From Ylistrum balloti (Eukaryota): a DNA stretch of 64,000 nucleotides. Under the pieces are notes generated by a model. The model was not told the DNA's origin. It ran no database searches and was given only the letters and a program-made list of their open reading frames with translations. Location: NCBI RefSeq assembly GCF_031769215.1, contig NW_026781917.1:1612001-1676000 (forward strand), in the 5' to 3' direction. The first letter of the stretch is position 1, and every line of letters begins with the position of its first letter. Shown here one piece after another: positions 13,343-26,400 of this stretch. Both the position numbers and the translations under genes were made by a program.

Positions 13343-13750
13343 ACAATTGTTTACACACTGTTACCTGGACGATAGTTGTTTTAACACTGTTACCTTGACG
13401 ACAGTTGTTTTCATACTGTTACCTTGACGACAGTTGTTTTCATACTGTTACCTTGACGGCAGTTGTTTCCACACTGTTACCCAGACGACAGTTGTTTTCA
13501 TACTGTTACCTTGACGACAGTTGTTTTCATACTGTTACCTTGACGGCAGTTGTTTCCACACTGTTACCCAGACGACAGTTGTTTTCATACTGTTACCTTG
13601 ACGACAGTTGTTTTCACACTGTAACCTTGACGACAGTTGTTTTCATACTGTTACCTTGACGAAAGACGTTTCAACAATGTTACCTTGACGAAAGACGTTT
13701 CAACAATGTTACCTTGACGACAATTGTTTCAACAATATTACCTTGACGGT
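13343..13750. repeat. 29-bp tandem minisatellite (CAGTTGTTTTCATACTGTTACCTTGACGA) containing an 87-bp higher-order unit
   Basis: Unit read directly; the trimer GACGA/GACGG/CCAGACGA is repeated twice. Confidence 0.9.
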
Positions 13751-14250
13751 AATCGTTGTGACCATGTTACACTGTAAGTATACCTAACTTGTAACCTTGA
13801 AAGAAGTTGTATACACCCTGTGACCTTGACTTCATTTGTACTGGCCCTGTACAGGAGTTGAAATCTTGACAACAGTTGTATCTACATTGTAACATTAACA
13901 GGAGTTGTATCGATCCTGAAACCTTGACAACTGTTTTACCGGCTCTGTAACCTATGCAACAGTTGCTAATCAAACGGTAGGTGCACCGACATGATAACCT
14001 TGACAACAGTTGATTTACACTTTGACATCATTTGTTCCGAAAATGTTTTACCTTGACAAGAAGTGTTTCGACAATGATAAATAGACAACGGTTGTAGCTC
14101 CATTTTGCATACCCTAAAATTGCCGTTGCTGTATTGCTGATGTGTTTTTACCTGTACCGTCACGTGATATTGAGCTGTACCAGTCAAGTACCGTGGTCTT
14201 GACCTTGACACGTCTATTGTTTTGGCAGATTTTAGTGATTTCCCCTAAAC

Positions 14251-14468
14251 ATGAGGCGATCTGGTGTTTACATTGTTAACGAACCAGCCGAAGACCCACC
14301 TAGTGCAGAAAACGGAGGGCCTGACCACGTGTACCTGAACAAAATGTCGGAAGAAGGCGAAAACGGAGTGGGAGAAGAAATGATGAACGATACTGTAGGA
14401 CTTCCGGTAGAGGCATCCACACCTACGCCAAAGAAATCGAAAAGGGCCCGCTTACCTTCTGTATACAG
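14251..14468 (+). CDS. otop: Otopetrin coding exon 1 (acidic, low-complexity cytoplasmic N-terminus)
   Basis: ATG after a ttttag acceptor; ends TAC AG|gtgagt (phase 2), matching the phase-2 start of exon 23557. Assigned by phase and splice strength, not by homology. Confidence 0.7.
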
Positions 14469-17400
14469 GTGAGTAGGATATATAGAGTGACAACATGAAT
14501 GGATGGGTTTTGTTAAGCTCTCACATAAAATGAAAAGAAGAGGCATGATACAGAAATTAATCCTTGCACACATTTACCGTGGCTTGCATCTTTGGCTAAT
14601 GGATTCCATTTTTAAAATTAAAATTAAGTTAGCTTTCAGACAGTTTACTGATACCAAAACCTTCCTGGTCATACCGGTGGTCGAGATTATAGCGACACCT
14701 GTTAGCCGGGAAATGTGCCAATGTCTGGTGTTCTACTTGTTCCGGTGCCAAACAGTAACTAGTTATTAATAAAACCAGAATGTCATAAATCATCTCTGAT
14801 ATAAACTGCTCTTCCGTCAACGTTCTAGATTTACAGTATACTTGATTCAAGACCCCCACCCCACCACATCCCCTCCTCCCAAAAAAATCGCATAGGTATT
14901 GGCATTAACTGTATGCAAACAGTCATCTGAAGTTACAAGAAATTAAGTGAAATGATTTAGAAATGTTTTTCCTCTCTTAAACGAAATACACTTTGTCATT
15001 GCTTCTCACTTTTACGTAATTGTTTTTTTCTACAACACAGAAGTTAACAATACTTTAATGAACCTGTTTACATGCCTTGTTACATGTATATGTCCTCTAG
15101 GGCGTGGGCGTGTCGATATTGCACCAAGATGCGCGTGAAATATTTGGCTGATTGTATACAATCTGTTGGCTTCGAGAGACAAACGTTCTGTCGATCAAGA
15201 CTTCAGAGAGAGAGCCAGAGAGACAGAGAGAGAGACGTTGTGATAGGCTCGGTATAGACATTCAAAACGTGATACACTCGGCAACTATTTAATCAGTTAA
15301 CTTTTAAATTAAGCGTTATTCCCATTAAAAGAACAGTACATCATGCAACGATATCTTACGGCACAGACAGACGTGATGCGATGTTTTTTTCCACTGTCTC
15401 ACGTTGTGGTTTAATTAGCGAAAAAATTAAAATATATTCACATAGATCTGTCATGAAGGATCAAACTTCGTCGTCTGTAATATGTGTCGTGTGGCTGCGT
15501 TCCACGTCACGCTTTTAGAAAACATATTACTTTATTTGCAAATAACAAACTTGCTACACTATAATAACTCCTATCATACAAATACAGTGACGTAGATGGA
15601 CTTCTGAATTATTTCCATTTTGCTCTATTGCTATTGGATCCATTGACGAACTGTCAGCAATATTCATATCACATTTGTTTACTTAAAGCTGACATTGTAG
15701 TGGATTTTTATCAAAGAAATTTAAAATCATCGCCAAGTTATATATTTATCACCATGAATACGGCATGCATTCATGAAGTTTTGAACAGTAAAACCATCTC
15801 TAGGATAAGTGTACTCCAGGAGTTCGACCTCAGCATTGGTATAGCTCTGAAAGGAGGGGGATTAAGCCGGACCGGAAATGACATTTCTTCTGGTGCCAAA
15901 ACACATTTTCTGTCTTAATTTAATTTCCGATAGAGATATAGCACAAATCTGTTAGACACTGTAGAGCGATGTCGTTTAGACGGGGCGACTCAACAAAGTT
16001 CACAGTTAAATTTAAAACGTATGTTTTGATAAAGGGTTATCTCGACATATGTTGGAACGGGGGGAGGGGGTTCTCATTACAGAGAAATGTGTGCAATGAG
16101 GGGAGGGATAAAAAAGGTGGGAAAGGGGCGAGGAGAGGTGTGTAGCAAAAAGAGGAGAGAAAACGCTAGCGAGGAGAGGAGGAACAGAGAAGAGGGGGGA
16201 GGGGGTGGGAAGGGGACGGCAACAGACAGAAAGATGAAGTTTGGATGGGTGGGGATGTCTCACAATAGGACAATTTCGCTCAATGAGAGTAGTGATTAAA
16301 CAAGAGATGGGCGAGGAAAAGTGGTCAGTAGTGAGGGGACAAGGATATGTGAAAGAAGAGAGTTTGGGGCAGACGGCATAGTACATGTAATAGATGAGAA
16401 AAGAGAGAGAACATTAGCTAATTTAAAGCTTGTAGGATGAAAGCAGAGATCGAGAGGAAGGTCTGATTAACATGGAAAGGGGAAAATGGAAGAAACGAAA
16501 GGAGAAGTTATCACCGTATTGGAAACTGGTACGATGAAAGAAGGAGAGGAAAATATCGTGGAAGGGTTTAAGAATAAGAAAGTTACCTCGAGGCAGAGGA
16601 AAGGGAAGAAAAAGAGAGAGGCATGACAAAGGGTGGAGTATAGGGTTAAACAATACAGGATAAGTATAGAGATAAAAAAAACTCGAGTGACAAATGTAGA
16701 TCAAGATGAATGGAGGAGAATGGGGACGGGACTGAAAATGATATCGGATAGGGGAAAGGGAGGAATGGTAGGGGGAAGAGGGGGAGTCTGTTTCAGGCGC
16801 TATCATGGCTAACATCGCATTACACAATATTACCCGCACATAAACAGATGTTTTCAGATGTAACACGGTTTAACTTACACAATTATCATCAAACCTGATT
16901 CACCTTCTTACTTGTTTACAAGATGATTGTGTGCTGCATTTCTCTCGACCTTCTCTCGTCGCTCATACCATTACAAATAATGTCAAGTTGGCGGATCGTA
17001 TTAAATTGCCGGTGTTTCACTATGACCGATATAAAAATGTTGGACACTTGTGATAAGTTTCTCCTTTATTTTCCACTGTAATTTAACCAATCGTCGTTGT
17101 TGCCATTGTCGTACTCGTCGTTGTTGCCGTTGTCGTACTCATCGTCGTTGTCGTTGTCGTACGCGTCGTCGTTGCCGTTGTCGTATTCGTCGTCGTTGCC
17201 GTTGTCGTACTCGTCGTCGTTGCCGTTGTCGTACTCGTCGTTGCTGTTCTCCTCTTCCCCCTCATTCTATCATAAATCAAGCACACACAACATGCCAGTG
17301 TTTTTCTGACCATGTACACACTGGTAATTACTGTATACTTAAAGTTGTTAGTGCCGACTCCTCCGTACAGAAGTGACTCTCCCGACTGGAATTCTAATCA

Positions 17401-20400
17401 TGTTTAACAATCCATTACATAGAGACACTCATAACAAAATATTTCAATAAATCCAGACAAATAGGACTCCGGATAGATAGAGGACATGTGTATTAGAACG
17501 GTTACAGTGTGACATTCGTTCGGTTAATCGGAATTCCGGTTTTCGGAAATTTCAAATGAATCACATGATAGTAAGATAAACAAGCTATTCCTGATCACTG
17601 ATAAACAGCTGTTATTATCTATATAGATATACGTATATAATATTTATACCTTGTATGAAATATGACACGTGATGAACACATTTTTTATGTTAGTAAATGA
17701 AGGTCACAGAGATAACGGAACCTAGTCACGTGCTCGGAAGCTCATATCCCGATAGAACACGTGGATATCCACTTAGACTAACAATTTTTGCGACCTTTTG
17801 CATCAGATGATCACATAATGAGATAAGGGTCACAGGAAATTAATGTAGATAAATCGAGTGGAGGGATCCTCGTAATTCCGACAGATGCTGGGTCACGTGC
17901 GCGCGACCACGGCGCGTGCGGCGATGTCAGATGGTTAGCCAGCTGTGACATGTAATACGTATTTCTCCGCCACAGGAAGTTGCGAGGGGCAGCATGATGT
18001 TTATTAGAACTGATACCTCAGTTATATCAGAGATAAACACGGAAATCTTTACTCACAGGTTCTGTCTTCTACGCTTGATATTGACTACCTTTTTGTGGTC
18101 CTATGAACACGTGATAAAATTCAAGATGGCCGCTTAAATTTTGTTATTGGACTCATGTATCGCTTATGATTCCACACAGACCCTAACACGTATAATAACG
18201 GTTTACATGCAGTCTGTAATATGAGTTAGATTTTGGCATTACATTTTATCTGACTGCTGTAGTCGAATGCAGCGAGATGCAGGAATGGGTGGTCTCGTTC
18301 TAGGAGCATATATGATGTTCTGTATCATTTAGGTGTTTGTTATAAGTTAATGGTAATGCACTTAGTGCAAACACACACGTGAATTGCGCCTCTCAGCGGT
18401 TATCTCATTTGATGAATGTTAATGATCCTTGCAACCGACATAACATCAGTTTGGTGGTTACATGCTCTTATGAACTAATCAAAGAAAATTAAGAGGAAAC
18501 CTGCAGAAAAATATGTCAGTTTTTCTTTGCACTTCCCAGTTTTTAATAATCGCTGGTTTAACTATTGGGACAGCCTTTTAAAAGTCACCTGTTTAGAACT
18601 GGTCAAAATGAAGTATGACTTTTCACGTCTTTGGCTGTAGGAAATAGGAGTGAAAACGTTGAATTCAGATTTTCATATATAATCTACTGTATACTTTACG
18701 GTCATCATAATGTTATCTCATTGATAAATATTTTTTTTGTGCGATATAAAGCCGAACGTATTTGATGCCCGTTAGTTTGCCTGATGGTTCGTTGTTGATT
18801 GTGCTTGTTTGAGGACGTGGCATTACTTATTTGGATTGACCAAGATATATTATGGCTGGTGTCGTAAATGAAGAGGATTCCGGAACACATGGTCTTATTC
18901 TACTTGTACTTTTCCAGGAGTCTCAGTGTCGATCTTTTTTGTTTTTCATCAATTTAGTGTTTGATTTTAGATGCGGTAAACGTATTGGTGTTTCTTTGCT
19001 ATAAACAACAACGAGTATTAAAATAATCAAATTAAGACTAAATGAATTCGTTTGATTTAGAATTACCGATAAAGTTTTCCTAAATAATAGTAGCATCAAT
19101 GATCATGCATTCCCACCTCCCTTCTCCAACTCCTCTATAATCACTCACAGGATTGAAACGCGTGCATGTTGTATGCACGTGCTGTTTACACCCCAAAACA
19201 AAGTAATTTGTAGTTTGTAGGTTTTGTGTGTTAACGGTTTAGCATGCTCAGTGCGATTTTCTTTGCCCTAATAATTGGACGAAGCTGTCAGTCAAGTGGA
19301 ACCACATATTGGGAAAATATTTGCGGTGTCTCGTGAGCCGCAGAAATTCACCTATTTAACCCATGTAGACGATTTGTTATCTTCGTCTTATTAACATCCA
19401 AAAACATTACACGTGCTTTCATAAATAGATAAAAAGATAATAATACAAAGTACTTCTGAGCGACACCGAAACTTTATGAAAAACCGATGAAGCATTTGAG
19501 CAAATAAGACGTAGATTTCAATGTCTTTGAACATTATGCGGTGAAAGCGAGGCTGTGGTTACATTATAGTTTTCCTTAATTCAATATACATTTGAGGATA
19601 AAAAAAATCAAACCACAAACATAAAAAGAAGAAAAGAAAATGGGGGTTGGTGTCCGATATTGGCAGAAATACAAGTTACAAGAGGAGCCTTGAACACCAG
19701 TCGTTGGCATGAAACTTGAAGTATATCTATCACTGTCTGTCTAGTTCAGATTTCAAATGTATTTGATGTATGCATACAATAATGTGCAACAACTAAACAT
19801 TTAGTGTCTCCTGTTTGTTTTAAGTAATACCTAGTTCTGCTGTAGCTGACATTATTCAGTGTCCAACAAATTGCTTTGCCGAACTATAAGGGGTGTTCTG
19901 GTACACAGGCTTTATAGTGCACATTATCTTATAAGAGATGGACTCATCTGGAATATGACAAAACGTCAGAATACTCCGAAATCGTATAAGCCATGTTTCG
20001 CTTTATCTTCATATTTCGTTTATTTTATCTGTATTTGTAAATACGTTCAATGAACTGCGCTCGATGATCCTCGATGACGTCAGTGACAGTCTTTTAAACC
20101 ACACATTTATAATATTTTTGTTTTGAATTTTTAAAATGCTAAATTTATTTTGAACGTCAGCGTTGCCACAAAATATATCGCATGCTATTTATTTAACTCT
20201 GTATATGAGTCACAGCTGGAGGTAGTCTTTCATCTCTCGAATGTTGACAGTTCACTCACACTTAAAAGAATGCAAACCAGATGTAAATGTCAAAGGTCTT
20301 TTAGCGTCAAACCGCTGAAGGTCATGCTTTTTTCACTTTGGTATTTTACTCGAAATTAGGTTAACATGTTGGTGTACACGCATAGTATCTAAAAATAATT

Positions 20401-23400
20401 TTAATCGATGCAAGGTAAAAATGTTAGAGTTTTTATTCGGTAAAAGATTGTAAATTTTATTTAGGTCTTGAGGTTTCAGCATGGAAATGATTTGTTTCTC
20501 CCTACAGAATATTCTGCACGTTAATTATTATCACAGTACGCGTTTCTCCTGTATCTACTTACGCTAGACGCCGAGCAAATCGCAGGCCCTTCACATCTAG
20601 CGTGCTCGCCTCTTATACTACTCTACTAGGACGTCCCAGACTAATACTACCGACCCCAGCACGGAATTCCTTCCGCATTATCTCTTGTAAAGATTTCACT
20701 GGTCTTGTATTGATAATTCGGGGGAGGAGGAATGTTTGTTGATTCAGTGAACATAACAGTTTCCGGAATATATAGGTAACTTTGGTGATTTGTTTTGGGT
20801 GAATTCTACTGGAGAAAAAAGCATGATGAGGTTTTGGTTTGAACACCGGAATACGGCTCCGTAAGTATTAAGTTAATCGTTAATCTGTCACGTGTTTGTT
20901 ACGGTCATGTAAACGCTTGGTATCAATTGAGGTCTAATACTGTGGTAATGATGGACAACCACAGGATTAAGAAACATGGCGGCCAAAGAAATGGCGCCAT
21001 TCGAACAGTCGATGTCCTTCGTGTAATGCGTCCGAGAAGCTGACCTTCACTTTTGAGGAAATGGAATTAATTTCAGATAATAAAAACTCATCTTCATCAC
21101 TTCACTGTCAATGTGTATTGAAAACTTTTGAATGGTCTTATTGTTTTGATAAACTGAAAACAATATTAAATGCATGTTTTCGATTTTATACAAACATAAC
21201 TACAAGGTCACAGACATTTGCTGACGTTTGTAGAATTTAATTCAAGATTGAATAAGACTATTATACAGAGATGTGTTTGATTGTTTGGATCATGAGCAGA
21301 CAGTGTCATTATAGAGATGTCTCTAATGGATAGATGTCGCTAAAAACCATGCATCTATATTAAGATACGCGTCATTTAAAATAATCGCGAAGACAAAGAC
21401 TGGTGTTTTGTCATCCTTCTGCATTTCCTAAGATAGATAGAGTAGTTTAATGATATTTGTTGTGCTATTCCCAGAAAAGGAGATTTTTTCCTATGGAATG
21501 TAGAAAGTCTTAGATGTTATAAATTAATACTTTCTTAAACGGGATAATTCTAAGTAGAGACGACACATTTTCTTCAAACTATCTATGTAAGAATCAACTA
21601 AGACAGACGAAGGATTAACAAGTAAAAACTAATATCGGCCAGTTTTCTCTGCGTATTTTATCAGCACGGTTGGAGCTTCTTTGAGTTATCTAGAAGGTGG
21701 GACTGTGCTATAGGATACAAACAGAGATTGTCGACGGTGGAGGGGTCAAAATCACCACCTTGCTGTTACGCTTCTTAGACAAAAATTCTCTCTGTATTTG
21801 TTTAATTCACTTTTTTGGTCTTATTCCAAATGATTTGATTCAAAGACACGTGGTGTTTTACAAGGTGAAGGTCAACTGGCGCGTGCAGGTCATTGGAATT
21901 TGACTCGTAGGTTTACATTTATTATCATATCATGAAAACTATATTCGTGTGATGACATCATAATTGTTATTAATATGCACATGTTGCCATGTAATTTGCA
22001 ATGACATGAGCGACTTTCTGCTGGTTAGTCAGGAAGAGAGTCACCATTAAGATCTACTACTAAGTCTTAAGGTTTAGAGGAGCGATGCCACAGTAATTTC
22101 AGTAAATTCAATCGTCTGTGCATTAGTTGCAAACAGCTTATTTTCTCTATGCGGCCCTTTCCGTCTAATTACTTCAAACCTTTATCCATTCCTTTCCTAA
22201 AACCCCAACCGGCTGCTTTCTACCATGACTGGTTAAAAACCAATCTTCCACAGATATCACCATTGACCCCATCATACCCTGTGCGGTCGGTCGCTCTACT
22301 TACTGCATGTACATTCCATACCAATCTACTATCGCCCTAAATCCTCCCTTTCTCCACCGCTCCTCCCCAGGACTAGCTCCCAGCCCCCTAAGCTTTTGAA
22401 CATAACTGCTTATCTATATTCTTACACATGCTTTTCTCTCTCTCTTTAATTTTAAACACATGGTCTCTAGAATCGAACTTGTCTAAAAGACAAAGATTAT
22501 AAAGCTGCTAAATTTAATAATCAACAGAGGTAAGGGTCCTTCTCTCATTTTTGTACCATCCCCCCTCCACACACATACACACTCACCACATTTTGTGACC
22601 TCGAGGGTTGAATATCCCCACCCTTCCACCCCAATATATTCTTTCTCTCATTTCTCATTCTAAAATATTTAGAAAAAATAGCTTCAGAAACATTGACCTT
22701 CAATCCCTATGATTCTTGCAGCATCAGCTATGAACACATTTTCTATGGAAATGTCCTTGACTAGTATATCAGAATACCATGCCTGCCTATGTACTCTATG
22801 CTGACCTGTAACAGTTATACTAATTGCTTGTAGGACACGGATAGAATGAGCGTGTTAACAAGTCCATGCTGAGTAATAACACTACAGATAAGCCACAAGA
22901 ATCCATGTTCTGGTTGTTGAATGATTTGTACAGATAAACATCAAATTCCCGTTCTACAATTGTACACGGTACGATAATCATCCTTATCACACCAATCTGT
23001 ATGTACCCACCGCACCATCAACACTTCCCGCCAAAACTTGTGTACTATTCCATGCCAGGCATGTGGGGTTACGTGTATTCTCGGCTTCATTTGTACTTGG
23101 TTGTAACTCCTGCGTTAGAGATGTGGTGCTCGGATTCACCACAACAATGTTTATATAAATAATGTTTATTGTCGCTGTTGCTATGCGGTAATGTTGCAAA
23201 GTCAGCCGTAAACATTGTCTTGTATTTTGGCAATCAGCTTATCTGGAATTTTAGCAGAAAGACAGAGAAGAAAACATGTAATAGATGTTTATGTTAACAA
23301 CATACAGACGCAATTTGTGTGTCTACGTGTTTGTAATACCTTTTTGTATAAGAAAAATAAGTAAAAAAACAAGAAACCGATAATATAACTGAATTAAAAC

Positions 23401-26400
23401 ACAAAACTGTGTTCCGCATTTCAAATAATGTGTACAATTTGAAAGGAATTAAAATCCAGATATATTTTAATGCTGATATTGTTTTTTTTTTTTTTTTTTG
23501 TTAAAAAGCATAATGACTTCCGGTTTTAAGGTGACGTATGTTTTTGTCCATTTCAGATCGTCCCTGGTGAAGCTGTTATGTGGGCTGTATGCGTTAATTA
23601 TAGTTGTGCTCGGAATAGTGTTTTCTACGGCCACTTCACTGACCGCCAAAGAGCGAGAGCACCAGTTCTATCTGGAGGTAATATCATCACTCACTTATAA
23701 ATGAGTCTATCTATGTCCTTGCATTTCAATACTATTTTGGTATTGTTACGTTTTTTCGGTAAAGTCGAAAAGTCTGAATGAGAAAGAGGTAATATCAGTT
23801 ACTCCTATTCGCCGTTCGGGTTCGCCATTAACTCCCTTATTTTCTCCATTTTCAGGTATTCCTGGTGTACCTCTATGCATTCTCACTTGGGATGTTGATA
23901 TATTTCCAATGTGGCCTCCTCAGTGGCGTAAAAGTTAAGAACAATTATTATGAACCCAACATCCGGATATCAGTACGCAATGATGGAAGTATCCACAAGT
24001 CACCGACTGCGTCGCCGTATCCGACGCGCGCGGCCGACGCAGGCGCGAACAGATCTGAAGAAGTTCAGCCTCTGGATCAAAGTAAGGCGGAACAAGTTTC
24101 CGTGGGAAGTTATCACAGTCATATGGAGCTTCCCGCCCCCGGCGGTGTGGCACATGCCGGGGAGGGTATCAACTTCTACCTCAGACTCGGCGCATTGGGT
24201 ACGTAATAATGACAATTCTTTCGCTTGCAAATATGTAAGCTGGTCTTAATATGTAATTACACCATGTAAAATCACTTATTTTCTTCCATTTAGAAAATTA
24301 GATACATGTATTTACTCACAAATCAACCTACCTACCAACTTACCAAGAGAAGAAAAGAATGATTAAAAGATAAATCCGTTTTCACACGTGCCTTCATTAA
24401 GTCAGAATGTTAAATGTTATCAATAATAAGAAAAATTGAAATATGCTGTTATTCACAACTGAGAAAAGACGGATGTCTGTATAGTCATCTTTTATAAAAT
24501 CATACAATGTCCACAGTCATAACAATGATATATTTGGTTCATTCATTGGCTTACATGTAGTTAGTTCCGCTTTATCGCCTTTTCCAGCATTCGCCTGCGG
24601 CAGTGTAATCTTGGATGGGTTCCACATCGCAACCAACTTCGAAACAGTGACGACAGAGGAATGTAAAAGTCCCATTTTTATCTTCGTCTACGTCATGCAT
24701 CTACTCTTTACCTTCGTCCAGACGTTCTTCCTCTTCAAAAACCACAAGGTAACATTTAAATATTCGTACGAACATAACCGGAAATGTTGAAAACCCATAC
24801 GAACATAACCGGAAATGTTGACTATCGATACGTTCATAACCGGAAATGTTGACTATCGAACGAACAAAACCTGAAACTAATCTAGCAATATTTAACCACA
24901 GTGTTGAATATCCGGTCGAACGCAACCGGAAGCTAACTACAAAACAATCAAGTCAGTATAAATATTTATAAACGCAAACCACATGTAAAAAAATGTGTTT
25001 GTAAACATAAACAAAAAATATCCAGATGTATTCCTAAAATAATCAGAGATGATGCAACAAGATGTTGACGGAAATAAGCAGGCAATCAATGTCACACCTA
25101 GGGCTTATGTATATCATTAAAAGTGTCTTGGAATGTTTCGGGGAACTGACAAAAATATACAAATAAAAAGAAAAAGAAAACAAAACGGTGACCGCTAAAA
25201 GTCTGACAAGATGAAGGATAAAATAGCATACATTTAAAAATATCTATAAAACCACAACTCAAGCGAAAAAAAGAGAATTCATTAGCACGTGATTTCGTTG
25301 ATATAGTACTCACAAAAAATATAAGATAAATGTTTATTTTGCATTATTAGTTTTTAAAGGAAGAATGAATTCGTATATTAAGAGAGCATACGAAATGAAT
25401 GGAAAATAATCCCCACAGAAATTAATGACGTCACTGTATACCGAAAACGCCCATTTACACATAACAATCCTTAGCCTTATAAACATGAAACAGTTCTTTA
25501 TATAGAAAACCTGGGCTGATATTGATAAATCTTTTAATAAACAACCCACGTTTCTGCTCCATTTTATTGCATGTTGTGCTAAATATGAGATCAATTTGCT
25601 GTTATGTTTCCAAACTTTGATCAAAGAAACTACACGATTTCGGTTTTTGCTTAAATCCCACTCCGTAACCATGGCAATGTATGCCAATAACAAATGCAGA
25701 CTAGAACGCTGGCTATTTGTTATGATGTTAGCAGATATATGGGAATTACTAGCTTTGTATTGGCTGAATGCCATACACACCTGCAGATAATTACAGAAAC
25801 CGAAAATCATTTTGTTTGATGGAAGAAAATTATGTACACAATGATATGCAACATTACATGTTTCATGTGATCTGTGCTCGATCGTGTTTCTAAATGGTCG
25901 ATTTATGCATTTTATTACAAATCATGACTATAATTGTGATGTCAATTTTATTGTGAGACTGGAAGTGGGCGATTCCCATGGGTTGTTAAACATCCCATGT
26001 CACGGATGACTTACAAATCCAGCACCAAGCATTACTAACGAACGGCAGGAATAAGTGCCATTCCTGACATGAACACCGATTATTGAAGGTTCGTTCTGGA
26101 GTTGTTAGATACATCAACATGCTTGATGCTTCTTATTACGGACGCAATTGCAAAATCATGTGTAACGTTCACGCATGAGACACAAACTCGAGTAGTACAA
26201 CCTCGAAGCTGTTTTTACAGATTTTGACCAAAATAAATCTTGAACAACAAAATGTATATCTATAACATTAAAAGAGCGCCGAGCGCCAATTAGGACGAAA
26301 TGGATGAATACAAGCCAAAATATTGCATAAGCAATGGATAAACTGCAAGACCGTACGGACAATACATAAGATTGTCCGGTGTCACTTCCATCGGCTATAG

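Noticed and set aside
374-13659. ORFs 374-613, 10561-10941 and 13405-13659
   Set aside because: They run through the 28-, 34- and 29-bp arrays.
17050-17376. Arg/Cys-rich protamine-like ORF, and the Thr- or Ser-rich ORFs in other frames
   Set aside because: Alternative readings of one trinucleotide-based repeat, with no supporting gene structure.
21400-21920. LINE endonuclease relic (GGDFD) on the - strand
   Set aside because: A single short motif; insufficient support.
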